A stretch of 64,000 nt of DNA, from assembly GCA_964019335.1 (NCBI GenBank), contig OZ025726.1:248001-312000 (forward strand), given 5' to 3'. Position 1 is the stretch's first letter. Each line of letters begins with the position of its first letter. Under the pieces are notes generated by a model that did not search any database, was not told where the DNA came from, and saw nothing but the letters and a program-made list of their open reading frames with translations. Below are positions 36,436-48,154 of this stretch, in pieces. The stretch comes from Diplonema japonicum. Taxonomy: Eukaryota; Protista; Euglenozoa: Diplonemea. The translations under genes were made by a program, and so were the position numbers.

Positions 36436-36942
36436 TGTTTGGCCCACCCCCCTCTTTTTTTTTTTTTTTTCTTCTCAAGGGCAAAAAAAAAAAAAAAAAA
36501 AAATTATGGGAGAAAAAAAAAGAGGGGAAATAACAATCACCACCGTAATAATGTAAAGAGAAAAAAAAAAGAGGGGGGCTACAAAGAAAAAAAAAACTGA
36601 AACCAATCGTTTTTTTTTTTTTTTTTTTTTTTGACATTGAGAGGAGAGAGATATGAGAAGAGGCTTGATTTCACTTCCTTTTTTTTCTTCTCCCCCTCCT
36701 TTTTTTTTTCATTGTGATATAAAAAAAAAAACAAAAAAAAAAAACAAAAAAAACTATCCACGATGGGAGGAGAGTATTATTATTATTTTCTTTTAAAAAT
36801 CAACAACTCTACCACAATTGGCAAAGATGAAGAATCCGCAATGCTTCAACACGCGGAGTATTTTTTCTTTTCTTTTTTTTTTCCTTTTTTTTTTCCCCCT
36901 TTCTCTCCCCCATCATAATGTTTCTCGTGAACGAGAAGTAAG

Positions 36943-36977
<35 letters not shown>

Positions 36978-36997
36978 GTTCTATTCTAAATCCCTAC

Positions 36998-39013
36998 TTA
37001 AGTGCACCCATATGCCCAGTGCTCCGACGCAAACACGTACTTGTAGATCGTGACAAGCGGGTGAGGAAGGGACGCCAAGCATCGATAATACTCCGGTGCA
37101 ATTTCACGAAGTTTTGGCAAAGCGGACCACGGCAGGTTAGGGAAATCGTGGTGCTCGGTGTGGTAGGTGAGGTTCAACGTCAAGAACGAGAACACAGGAG
37201 ATGCGTAACAAGACTGCGTGGGCTGACACGGCCTGTTGTGCTCAATGTTCCCAGCCACCCCGGGCGCCGTCTTGTGAACACCCAAAAAGTAAGCCCCCAT
37301 AGGATGCAACCCGAACCCAGCAAGAAACATCTCAGAAAGACCCAAATACAAACAGACATTCAACAGTTGATAAATACCCCCCCGGCCCATAAACAGCACC
37401 AGAAACAACATGAAAAACGATTGTTTCCCGATTTCAAGCATTTCCCTCGGCTTCCCCATGACACCGGGGACCCTGTCCATGCCCCTCCCACATGTCATGA
37501 CAAACGCAGAGATGTAAAGAAGCCCCGACATTCCTGTCCAAAACATTATCAGCATCAAGTGGCCGATGTGGATTGTACTGTCGCGAAGAAGTACGAGAAA
37601 AGGTCTTACTAACGATGGAACACCGTCCATGGGCTTTCTCGGTACGAAGCTACCGGTCACGGTGAGATCCATGACCTTGCCACGAAGCTGTGCGGTGTAG
37701 CTGTGAAGAAGATCTCCGTCCACCTCACGGCCTTCCAAAAACGCATCGGCTGCTTCCTTAAAACCCTGCGACCCTAGCAAAGCATGATGCCCAAGGTGGT
37801 GGTGCGCATAATAATTGAACAGCCCGCACCCCATACTGGGCAGTGTGCAGAATTGAAGAACCGGCAATTTAACATTCGGCTGCGACACCCAAGACGACAC
37901 CGCGTTGTGACAGATCTCATGTCCTATTGCGAATTGCAACGTTTTACACAAAGCCCCAACTGTATAAGCCAGAAGGAATACTGTTAAGAAACTGCACTCG
38001 CTTGCCGCACAACCAGTGAACAGGTGAACAAAGAACGTGGTCACACCGATCAACAACGACAACGGCTCGTGTTTGGGCAAATTTTCAATTTCTGGGTGAT
38101 CATGAAGGATGGCAGATCTTCTGTTGCTGTGCCACACTGCAGGGGAATCAGGCGTATCCGGAGTAACATCCAAAATGTACATTTCTCGTGAAAGATACTG
38201 AACAGGGGTCCCGTCATCAGGTTGTGCTGAGACCCTGCCCACGTCGGTCATTCCTAGACAGGTAGCACGGACGTTGTTGGCTGTGAGGGTAAGCCTGTCG
38301 CCTTTGACAGGAACCATCCCACCGATTTCAATTTTTACCTCTGTGAGATCGGTGTGGTCGTGGACGCCGAAGCCGTGGGTTTCTTGGGTTTCTTCGTTGT
38401 TGACTGCGATCAACCAACGTCCTGCGTACTTAGAAAACGTGGACTCGCCAAGATGGTTCCCAGGTACACCACCGATAATGACGGTGCCTCCACGGTGGCA
38501 GATACCCAAGGATTCGTCTTGCTTTTTGGTTATGGTGAAGGTTGCCTTCTCGTTTGGGTCGGGTAACTTCAAGTTCGAGAGGCAAAGGTGTTGTTGGTAG
38601 AACGGGGCCGGGAACACTACCACAGCACCAGGTTTTCCTGTTGGTGTTGTTTGGTGGGCGACAAGCTTTCCTCTCCATCCGTTGCAGTTTCCAGGTGCGC
38701 GGAGTCCTATTGCTTCGGCATATGATCCCACAGTGAAGGCTGGTGTGGCATCTTCGTCTTTGTTGAGTTGTTCGGGTTCTGAAAGGGGTCCCAGGAAATA
38801 TTGTCCCAGGGCTTGTTTCGCAGCTTCGCTGTGTCCTGCTTTCTCGAACAGTGTTGTTCCGTCGCCCCCAGCGTGTCTCAAGAGTGGTTCCATCCCGCCT
38901 GGATGGTGCCGCATTAGATCTTTCATTTCATACACGTATCCACCTATTGCGACCCATGGTGTTCCACTCTCTTTACCATGCTCGGACAGTTGTTCTTTTG
39001 TTATCCACGCCAT
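36998..39013 (-). CDS. Sphingolipid delta-4 desaturase (DES1/DEGS-like) with an N-terminal cytochrome b5 domain (671 aa)
   Basis: Cytochrome b5 motif HPGG...AGGDGTTLF..GHS; DES1 N-terminal motif HSNRRSAILHDHPEI; His boxes HEICH, HHHLGHH, YHTEHHDFP. Confidence 0.9.
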   Translation of the reverse strand: MAWITKEQLSEHGKESGTPWVAIGGYVYEMKDLMRHHPGGMEPLLRHAGGDGTTLFEKAGHSEAAKQALGQYFLGPLSEPEQLNKDEDATPAFTVGSYAEAIGLRAPGNCNGWRGKLVAHQTTPTGKPGAVVVFPAPFYQQHLCLSNLKLPDPNEKATFTITKKQDESLGICHRGGTVIIGGVPGNHLGESTFSKYAGRWLIAVNNEETQETHGFGVHDHTDLTEVKIEIGGMVPVKGDRLTLTANNVRATCLGMTDVGRVSAQPDDGTPVQYLSREMYILDVTPDTPDSPAVWHSNRRSAILHDHPEIENLPKHEPLSLLIGVTTFFVHLFTGCAASECSFLTVFLLAYTVGALCKTLQFAIGHEICHNAVSSWVSQPNVKLPVLQFCTLPSMGCGLFNYYAHHHLGHHALLGSQGFKEAADAFLEGREVDGDLLHSYTAQLRGKVMDLTVTGSFVPRKPMDGVPSLVRPFLVLLRDSTIHIGHLMLIMFWTGMSGLLYISAFVMTCGRGMDRVPGVMGKPREMLEIGKQSFFMLFLVLFMGRGGIYQLLNVCLYLGLSEMFLAGFGLHPMGAYFLGVHKTAPGVAGNIEHNRPCQPTQSCYASPVFSFLTLNLTYHTEHHDFPNLPWSALPKLREIAPEYYRCLASLPHPLVTIYKYVFASEHWAYGCT

Positions 39014-39167
39014 TTTTTTTTTCCTTTTTTGGTTTTTCCTCCCCTCCCTCCCCTCCTTCTTTTCCAGCTAAAAGAGATAAGTAAAGGGGGGGGGGGGGGG
39101 GGGAAGGGGGGGGTAAACACAATCCCATCTCTCTTGTAACTTGTCGTTTTTTTTGTCCCCCCCCCCT

Positions 39168-39727
39168 TCAAACCACGAAACCCCACCCACCGTAGATCGG
39201 TAAATTCAAATTTTTGATCAAAACACCTCCAGAAATCTTTTCGGACTCGTGTTCCTTTGCCACTTCCCCGTTCAACCCTAAGACAAAGATGCTGGTGACA
39301 TTAGCAGTGGGTGGGGTGTAAGGAACGTCAGCAGGCGGCATTGCGGTGAACGGTGTGGTGGGGAGAGAGTGTGCGCAGGTCACCGTTAGGTTTCGGCTTG
39401 AGAAGGAGAGAAGCTTGAAGTTGTAGTAGCCTTGTTTGTATTTGAAGGTGTGACCGTCATCCAGGTAGACACGGCCGGTGGCAGTTTGGGTGTCTGGGTC
39501 AAGCGCAACCTTTTTTAAACATTGTTATTTGCTTTCTTCATGGCATACCCTTAATCTATACCCGACCTTTTTGAGGTCCACGGTCGATCTCGTAGCCGCG
39601 TCCTTTTCCTTGGTCACCACGATCGTCCCACCCCGTTGGTACATGGGAAGCGAGCTCAGCTCCACCTGGACCTCGTGCGTGTCGCCCCCGTTGTATTTCC
39701 TCCCACTAAAATACTCGTACCAAGCCT

Positions 39728-39773
<46 letters not shown>

Positions 39774-41835
39774 CGCTTCTTTTTTGCGAAGTGCATACCC
39801 CATCCCCTGGCATTGTAACTGGCTGAACATGGGCTGATTTAGAAACGATAGGAGCAGCCAGGATCGCGTCGCCGAACATAAAGGCGTCCGACCGCTTCGC
39901 CCTCTCTTCCGGGAACTCTAAGAAGAGAGGACGCAACACAGGGATGCCCTCCGTCGACGCGTTCCAGAACATGGTATAAAGGTACGGAAGCAGCGTGTAC
40001 CGAAGGTGGAGCGCATCCGCTATGACAGACAGTTGTTCAGGGGGGTTGAGGTACGGCTCCTTGCGTTTGTTGTCGTGGTGGGAGTGGCCACGGTAGAAAG
40101 GATAGAACACCCCGAGTTGGAACCAACGAGCCATGAGGTCAGGGGTGGAGTTTTCAAAGAAACCCCCCACATCGGCGCCGACGAAGGGAATTCCTCCCAT
40201 TCCGAGCCCGAGAAGCATCTCGACAGAGGCTTTTAAATGCGCCCATGATGCTTGGTTGTCGCCTGTCCAAATTGCTGCGTATCTTTGCGTTCCTGCGAAG
40301 AACGACCTTGACAGGACGAATCCTCTCTTCTCACCGTTTGTTCTGGCGAGCAGACCCTCGTGGGTTGCCCTGGCGTGCAAATGCCCGTAAATATTGTGAA
40401 CTGCGATGTGTTCTGAGCCGTCATAATGCCTAGCATCGTCGTGCATTGTGGTCCGCGGTCCTGAGAACACGGAAGGCTCGTTCATGTCGATCCATGTGTG
40501 GAGGTCTTCTGTCGAGCCTTTATATTTATCGAAGTAGAACAACCCGGCGTACCACTCCCTTGCGGCTGGGTTTAAGAAATCCACCCAACTGCTGTCGCCA
40601 GGCCAGCAGTGTCCGTGGTATTCAGAGTTTCCGTTTTTATCCTTGACAAAAAGTTCCTTGGCGTGGGCTTCGTCATAGACGAAGTACCCTTTCGACCTGG
40701 AAATGTGTGGGTCGGAGATTGTGATGAGCTTTCTCCCGTCTTCTTTTAAGCTGTCTTGCATTTTTAACGGTGTTGGGAATAATCTCTTGTCCCATGTGAA
40801 ATAGTGTTTTTTCTCGGTGTGCTCGATGTCCAGCCAGATCGCGTCGCACGGCATTTTGTTGTCGATGAATTTTTTGCTCACGAAATCCACGTCGTGCTCG
40901 TCATGGTAGTTCCACCTGCACTGGTGGTACCCAATTGAAAATTCGGGTGGCATAAACGGTTTTCCAGTGACGACAGAATGCTGCCTCAAAACGTCTGCTG
41001 TGCTCGGCCCGGGGTATATCACGAACTGTTGACAATTTCTGGCAGATTTCCACGTTGTTTTGGTGTTGTCGTGAACCTTCACAGACGTCTTCGCAGGGTT
41101 CAACCATAAAAACCCTGAAGCATCTGTCGAAGACACCCCGACAACGATGGGAACGATTCCGTAAAGAGGCGCTTTGTCGTTTAGCTTGTACTGAAACACA
41201 TCGAGGTTCCACAATTCGTAATCACCGTTTTCCAAGATAAGACCTGATGTCCTTTCGGGAAGCCCGGTCATTGACTCAACATTTTTGAGGTGAACGTCTG
41301 TCTCAGAAGATGAAATATCAACAGAAACAGCGATGTTTCCGGATTCGAACCGAATAGTGTCGCCCTCTGTGTGGAATTTCAGTTTGAAACCTGATTGAGT
41401 ATCTTTTACATAGTTATTTTCAATATCGTGTGATATGGGAACTGGTGTCAATCCCTCGTCTAGAACGGTATCTTGGTACTTGCAATGTTCGGTGTCCACC
41501 TGGACATGGAAGATTCCGTTTCCGTAGGATGAGATGTCGACAGGTTTCCCCAGGACCATGAGGGTTTCTTTTCGTTTCCCTCCTGTTGCCATTGCGGTGG
41601 GTTTTTTCTTGTTTTCTGTTTTTTCGTGGGTTTGACTTTCACGCAGGGGCAGCGGTGCCTTCTTGTCGTGCGTGCCCAGTCCTTCCTCGTGTGTCACCAG
41701 TTCGTGTAAGTTCCTCGCGCCTTCGTCCGGGATGCCGCTCTTCCCGTGGACTATAATGAACACTCCGTAGACACAGCCTAACATCACTACGAACCTTATG
41801 GGGTACCTTCCTATTTCCCTGCGTACGGATCTCAT
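39168..41835 (-). CDS. GANAB: Glucosidase II alpha subunit-like GH31 alpha-glucosidase (~851 aa). Exons 41835-39799, 39725-39549, 39509-39168
   Basis: GYHQCRWNY, IWLDIEH, WIDMNEPSVF, IWTGDN, GADVGGF. Introns 39726-39798 and 39510-39548 give ...QRGGTI...ATGRVYLDDG. Confidence 0.92.
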
Positions 41836-41860
41836 TATTATTTTTTTTTTCTTTCTTTTC

Positions 41861-41895
<35 letters not shown>

Positions 41896-41913
41896 CCGTT
41901 TCCTCCGGCCCCT

Positions 41914-41947
<34 letters not shown>

Positions 41948-42192
41948 CAAATGATTTTATAACTTTATGCAACTTGTGCCGAGCATATAAATTTTTTTTT
42001 GCTCGTGCGAACAACACAAGACATATGGTCATAATCTTACCCAGAAAGCAAGGAAAAAAAAAAAATAATAACAAACAAACAAACAAAAAAAAGAAAAAGA
42101 AAAAGGGTGAAAATAAAGTTCTTTCTATTCCCCTCTTCCCCCCCCCCTTTTTTTTGTTTTTTTTCTTCTTCCCCCAGTATTCTTCCCGCTTT

Positions 42193-42255
<63 letters not shown>

Positions 42256-42261
<6 letters not shown>

Positions 42262-43371
42262 CTCGAGCCGGGTTTTCAAGGGTGGGAGTGAAAATAATAT
42301 TTTACATTATGTCACTCCCAGCTTTATTTTGGGCCTAATTTCACATATTTCGCCTATTTTTACAATGGGAAGGAAGCCGAAGGCAATGGGCAAAAAAGGT
42401 GAAGGGTACAAAGGCAGAGACGTCGAAGATCATGAACGCCAGCTTGCCATGAAAAGCACCAGCACTTACGAAGCAGAGTGGCACCGCTTTTGCTCTTTTC
42501 ACAACTTCAGAACAACAAGATCGAAAAGCCCGACGGAAGACGAGTTGGTAATGTATTTCCAAGATATGAAGGACAATTTGGGCAAGCTACAGCAAGATCA
42601 ACGGCATCATCCAACGAAACTTCGGTAAAAAAATGCAGAGCTTTCCCAGGGTTGCACTTCTTTTGAAGCGCTTTGAAGAAGGCCATGAGGTGAAAAAAGC
42701 TTCGGTGTTTCGTCAGGAACAAATGAAAGAGTATCTGGCAATGAAAATCAGCGACCCCTACAACATAGTGTGTCAGGCATATGCAGCTTGCATGTTTGCA
42801 GGACAAAAGAGTCGCACAAACTGAAATTTAACGACGACACCCTGTAACCCAAATCCCACTTTTCACCTGTTGTAACCCTGTAACCTCCCACCCTTTCAAA
42901 CCCGGCTCTTGTCATCAGTAAAGTCATTACTTGTTGGCAGTAAATAGCATTAGTAACCCTCTGCAGAAAGTAACTGAAGAAAAAGGAGGGGTTTATGGTA
43001 CGATCTGTTATAATCTGACGATTATGCTGGAGCGTCGGTATTGTCTTCCTATAATCCATGCAGATGTGTCACCACGCAGGCCCTTTTGGGTATCACCTCT
43101 TAAAACCTAGTCACTATAATAATAAATAATAACAAGAGAAAAACAACATACACGGTGGTGGCAGGTTTAACTCGTAGCTTTTTACTTCAAATTTCCTCAT
43201 TTAACTTTGCAAAAATTAAGTAAAATATCATACTAAATAAAAATCAGCCAGATTTTTACTCAGAATTTTTTTTTTTACACTCGCTTCGCTCGTGAAATTC
43301 AACTACTCGTGAAAAAAAAAAAAAGATTCTTCGTAAAAATCAGGTAATCTGATTTTTATTTAGTAAATAGT
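42256..43371 (+). mobile_element. Decayed tyrosine-recombinase (Crypton-like) DNA element with an inverted repeat and a 3' hairpin
   Basis: 22/24 inverted repeat 42265-42288 / 42885-42908. Hairpin 43231-43365 with perfect 17-bp outer arms and a cactcgcttcgctcgtg apex. AAATAGT end, poly-T flanks, internal YR-like remnant. Confidence 0.75.
42365..42824 (+). pseudogene. Frameshifted, truncated tyrosine recombinase (core-binding domain and start of catalytic domain)
   Basis: KSTSTYEAEWHRFCSF...PTEDELVMYFQDMK, a frameshift near 42570, then TIWASYSKINGIIQRNFGKKMQSFPRVALLLKRFEEGHEVKKASVFRQEQMKEYL...AACMFAG. Similarity is lost where the first catalytic Arg (GxR) would be. It is the only recognisable + strand coding remnant in the window. 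Confidence 0.7.
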
Positions 43372-44403
43372 CATTTTTTTTTTTTGTCGGTGCCGAGCAA
43401 GAATGATAAAGTGAAGTACTACGTTTTTTGTCCCACGTACTACTTCCATCTACTGTAAATATCTCTGTTTCTTTTTTACATAGATTTCGGTGTTGCGGGG
43501 GGTTGCTCCGCAAAAAAAAAGAAAATTGAACCCCTTCTTCCGGAATGTTTATATTCTAACAGAGGTAAAAAAGATTATAAAAAAAGAAAGGATTTACAGT
43601 ATTCTTCCTTCTTTCTTCGCTCGTGCATGAATTTAAAAAAAAAAAAAAAAAAGAGAGAGAAGAGGAAGGCAACTACGCAATCTCAAGGAGAACGGGGGGG
43701 GGGGGGTTCCTATTTTCTTTGGAAAAGAGACTTTCACCTGCTTCTCTTCTCTTAAAATAAAAGGGAAGGGGGGGGGGGAGGGGAAAGAACTAAACTTCCC
43801 AGGTTCGCACTCGTGCTGCACTGTAAGGGAAAATAAGAAGGGGGGGGGGGGGGGGGAAGGAAGACAAAATTTTCTATTACAAAAAAAAAAAACTATTCTT
43901 TTAAGATATGCGCTTTCACGCTCATCGGCCTTCTCGTGTTCAGTTCCTGTTGTCCCCGTTCTGGGGGGGCTTGACAGGTGCCGATGAAAAGAAGAAAAAA
44001 AAAAAGGAACAGGATTTTCTAAAAAAAACTCAGACTCAATACGTTATCCCGAGGTCGTAAGAAGACGAAAAAAAAAAAGGAAAAAAAAAAGGAAAAAAAA
44101 AGAGTATCTGCTTTTTTTTTTTCTTATTGTATTTCCTGACTGATTTCTAACTAAAGAAAAAAAAAAAGGGAAACTCAAACGTTTCCATTCCATTTTTTTT
44201 TTTTAATTCTCCTTACATATTTTTTTTTATTTTTTCTTACTACCAAAAGGTCAGAACGGGGTGAGAGCATGGGGGGGGGGATTTTTTTTTTTAAAATATT
44301 CTTATCATCTACTTCTACGGAAAAGGCCCTACATAAGCAGTGCCCTCACCATATAAAAAACAGGTGATTTTCTTTTTTTTCTTTTTTTTTTTTTAAATTT
44401 CTT

Positions 44404-44991
44404 TTAGTCCAGCACATCTTCGTTCACGATATTCACATGGGACAAAGGGTTATCCTTTCTCATTGAGCCGAGGGGGCACAGAGGATCATGGGTATCCACA
44501 GTGTACCCAGGCACAAGGTTAGAAACAGGTGGTGTCGGGAACTCGGCAACCGGAGGGGGCGCAGGGAATGGATCAGATGAGTTACGCAGATCTCTCGTCT
44601 TTTCCTGTTGTCGCTGCTCGAGCGTAGGCGGCACGTACTCTGCAGGTTCTTCAACAGGGGGAGCAGGATGGGGTGGGTGCGGGTTACCCCTGTGCACCAC
44701 AGCACTTTGCTCAGGTGCCATTCCAGCCGCTTTGCCTAGATGAACACTCTCCTGCGGCAATAACGGCTCTTCATGCTCTTCCTCGAAACTGGGCGGTGAT
44801 TCCTAAGAATGATTTTTTTTTTTTTTTTTTTTTTTTTCAAATTACCTTCGAGTACATAAAAAACGCCACAGGAATGAACAAAAACGAAATCCCAAGCAAC
44901 ACCCACCCGTACGCCTGCAGCCCAGGCGGGTAGTCCTCATAAGAGCGAGTCAAGTCCGTTATGAACAGGAAGAGGAACATCCCCTGTGAAA

Positions 44992-45038
<47 letters not shown>

Positions 45039-46506
45039 ATACAAAGCAGATCGGCCCGACTGTGTAGTACAGCGTGTAGTACCAGTACTGGGACAGCTCT
45101 CTGCCTCGCCCGTTGAACTGCGGGTCGTCGATGGTTGCCCTTTTGATGGACTGCACCACACGGTCCCAACCCCAATCGACACGGAGGATGATCGCCTCGA
45201 AGAAGCAAGCTATGATAAGGCAGTACGAGGCAACATAATGATCCACAATGTCAAGCAGGGGGAACCCAACCCTGGTACAGTAAGGCAGCCCGAAAAGGAA
45301 GAAAAACAAGCAAACCCCACCGACGATAACCCACTTCTTTTGAGGACGGCCGATGTGAATGAGGTAGTCGTCAGCGTACGTAATTACAGTCTCTGCCCAT
45401 GCGAAGGTACTGTCGAGCCCCAACGTCAGCAACATAATAAAAAAAAGTGTTGCGAAAAAGTTAGACGTTACTCCAAAGAGACCAACACCCTCAGCAAGGA
45501 CGACAAAGGCAAGCCCAGCACCACCGGAATCAGCAAGCTCTTCAACAGATTGACACACCAACCCCGGTGTGTTGCACGATTTTTTCGACATATACCCCAA
45601 TATACTGAACACAGCGAACCCGCCGACAACGCTGAAACACGAGTTGCAGCACGCGACAAACATGTTTGTTGCGTAGACATCTTCAGTTCGCTTCGTGCAG
45701 GATGAGATTGTGATGGCTGTTCCCATACCCGGCGACAGGGAGAATAGAATCTGCCCGCAAGCGGTGGCCCACATTTCCAAATCGCCCAGCTTGTCTGATT
45801 TGAACTTACCGATGTAGAATTCAACCCCATCGTTCGCTCCGTCCAGCGTCACAGATCTGAACAGAAGAACAAGCATCAGAATAATAGGCAGTCCTACCGT
45901 AACGTACGACACCTTCGCTGACGCGGTGATCCCTTTGCACAATGCACCGAACACGATTAACCATACCAGGCCTAGACTAAACACAAGATGCCATTGCAAT
46001 GCACCCGGTCCGTCAATTTCACCTCGTGTGAGTTCGCCCGGGTCGTACCTTACTAGTACCTCGTTCCACCAGAAGTTCTCTGATGCGGAAGTTTTAGCGG
46101 GCAACATGTTGGGAGCCTTGCTGTCAACCGTCCACGGGAGAGGGTCGCTGAAAGAGTGGAACAGATACACCAGCGAGTACGCCAGCAACATGTTGTAATA
46201 AGACAGGACCATGATAAGCATGAAAGCCGTCATCCATCCAACACCCACCCACCTGGGGTGCATCACCTTCATGCAATCCATGGTGCTTTTTCTTGTGTAG
46301 TTTCCCCAGCTCAGTTCCAAAAAGTACATGGGGCACGCTACCAGGATTAAGCTCACAGCGTACGCGACTAAGAAAGCGCCGCCGCCGAACTTCCCCACCA
46401 GGTACGGGAACCTCCATACGTTTCCGATACCGATGGCGTAGCCCATCAGGAGAAACCTGTAATCCATAGTGGATATCTCGGCATGCTCTGTTGGTTTATT
46501 ATCCAT
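44404..46506 (-). CDS. Neurotransmitter:sodium symporter (SLC6/NSS) family transporter (~666 aa). Exons 46506-45043, 44983-44846, 44802-44404
   Basis: GYAIGIGNVWRFPYLVGKFGGGAFL, GQILFSLSPGMG, GAGLAFV, LGLDSTF. GT-AG introns 44984-45042 and 44803-44845. Confidence 0.95.
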
Positions 46507-46578
46507 TTTCTTTTTTTTTTTTTTTTTTTAAATAACCCTCCTCCACCGCCTCCTTTGCTGTATTGTGCGGGTTGTGTA

Positions 46579-46620
<42 letters not shown>

Positions 46621-46658
46621 AATATAGATCTACGGTTTTCTCCAGCAAAAGGGAGCTG

Positions 46659-47216
46659 TCAGTCAACCCCCCGTCCTGCTGCCATTTGCCGCATCCACCA
46701 CATATGGTAGCGGGGGGAGATGGCGTCCCAGTGTAGCCAAACGTCAAGTGGCTTAAGGCGGGGCTCCGAGCTGCCTTCTACGACATCTCTCCAGAAGTTC
46801 TCCGAAGCAGTGACAGAACGGATGGGGAAAACGTCCTTCACAGGATGCGAAAGGGTCAAGAAATCGACGGCATCCTGTGTGAGGGAGACAACCCCCATGC
46901 AACTTCCCAGGTTCTTTACCAACAGTTTGACCCATAGGTCACGGTGCAGCACTGCTGCTATGTGGAAAACAACTGCGCGACCGGACCCTTCAGGGAGCAC
47001 CTTCAAGAGCTCAGAGACACTGCAGCATCCTGAGTAATGTTGTAAAACACACTTCAAGAACACAATTCCAGTCAACTCCGGAGTACACTTCAATATCGGG
47101 TAATGCAGTCTATTTCTATTAACGACAGGCACATGAGAGTACTTAGCCAGAACTGCATCGGAAGGGTACTGCCCAAATGCAGCGTTCAGCAGGGTCTGTT
47201 CCTCCGTTTCGTCCAT
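46659..47216 (-). CDS. Hypothetical protein (~185 aa)
   Basis: Open frame with coding-like composition; first ATG at 47216 lies shortly after a CAG acceptor-like site. No recognisable motif. Confidence 0.55.
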   Translation of the reverse strand: MDETEEQTLLNAAFGQYPSDAVLAKYSHVPVVNRNRLHYPILKCTPELTGIVFLKCVLQHYSGCCSVSELLKVLPEGSGRAVVFHIAAVLHRDLWVKLLVKNLGSCMGVVSLTQDAVDFLTLSHPVKDVFPIRSVTASENFWRDVVEGSSEPRLKPLDVWLHWDAISPRYHMWWMRQMAAGRGVD

Positions 47217-47333
47217 GTAAGAGGGCACCCTGACGAGAATTTTCTTTTTTTTTTTTTTTTGTTGTGTTTGTGTTTTATCAACTTAAACATTTCTATTACC
47301 CACCCCTACCCCTTCTTTTTTTTTTTCTTTCTT

Positions 47334-48009
47334 CTATGCACTGTTTGCATGCTGCTGGTAGAGCATATCGACCAGCTGAGGAATCGCCCTGGGATACACC
47401 TGAACAGTCACCTCAATGGATACTAAGTTTTGTACATCGATCTCACCCTGTAGAGGGGTTTTAAAAAAAAAAAGAAAAAATAATTTGCCAGCATACCTCT
47501 TTAACGTCCGAGTCGGTCTCGGCCACTCTCATGATTTCGAAATTCTCAGAGACGATGCCATCTTGCTGCTGCAGGGGGGTGTAGAACAGCTCCTCGGCCT
47601 GTCGTGTTGCCCCGTTTTTATCCGTCAGAACGGACACGACCTTGATGGGCAGCGGGTGGCCACGGGTCAGCCTCCTTAGTGTATACCGACGGAAGGTCCC
47701 ACCTGTCATGGAGTTCGTCTCTGAGTCTAGGGAAGCGCGGCGGGTCAGCTCGAAATCTACGACCCACTGATGGCCCGAGGCTGTGAAGAGGTTGTCTGAG
47801 AGATCCTTAGAAAACTCCCACTTGTGGGTTTCAGGCTGCCACCCGTCCTCCAGAATGAGGTGAAAGTGCCCCGCTGCCACCTTGAACCGATCCTCGCTCA
47901 ACCCCGCGAGCTCCGGGAACAAATTTTGAAACGGGTCGTCAGATGCAGTGCTGCACCCCCTCCTCGACGATAACGTCCTTGCGCTCGCACGTGACAGGAC
48001 CCGGCGCAT
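47334..48009 (-). CDS. Probable mitochondrion-targeted protein with a MATH/TRAF-like beta-sandwich (~208 aa). Exons 48009-47497, 47447-47334
   Basis: Presequence-like MRRVLSRASARTLSSRRGCSTAS. HKWEF...FTASGHQW...VSIEVTVQVY resembles MATH strands. Intron 47448-47496. Confidence 0.6.
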
Positions 48010-48154
48010 CTTCTTTTTTTTTCCCCTTTCTATATGGCGCTGAAAAAGGTGATTGGAAAAAAAAAAACGAAAAACGAGTTTATAATAGGGGGAAAAAAAG
48101 GTGATAACAAAAAAAAAAGAAGAAAAGTACACTGCCCCACTTACCTCCCCTTAC

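Noticed and set aside
46659-48009. Joining the two hypothetical ORFs into one gene
   Set aside because: The upstream gene reaches TAG at 47334, and I found no convincing donor of the required phase before it.
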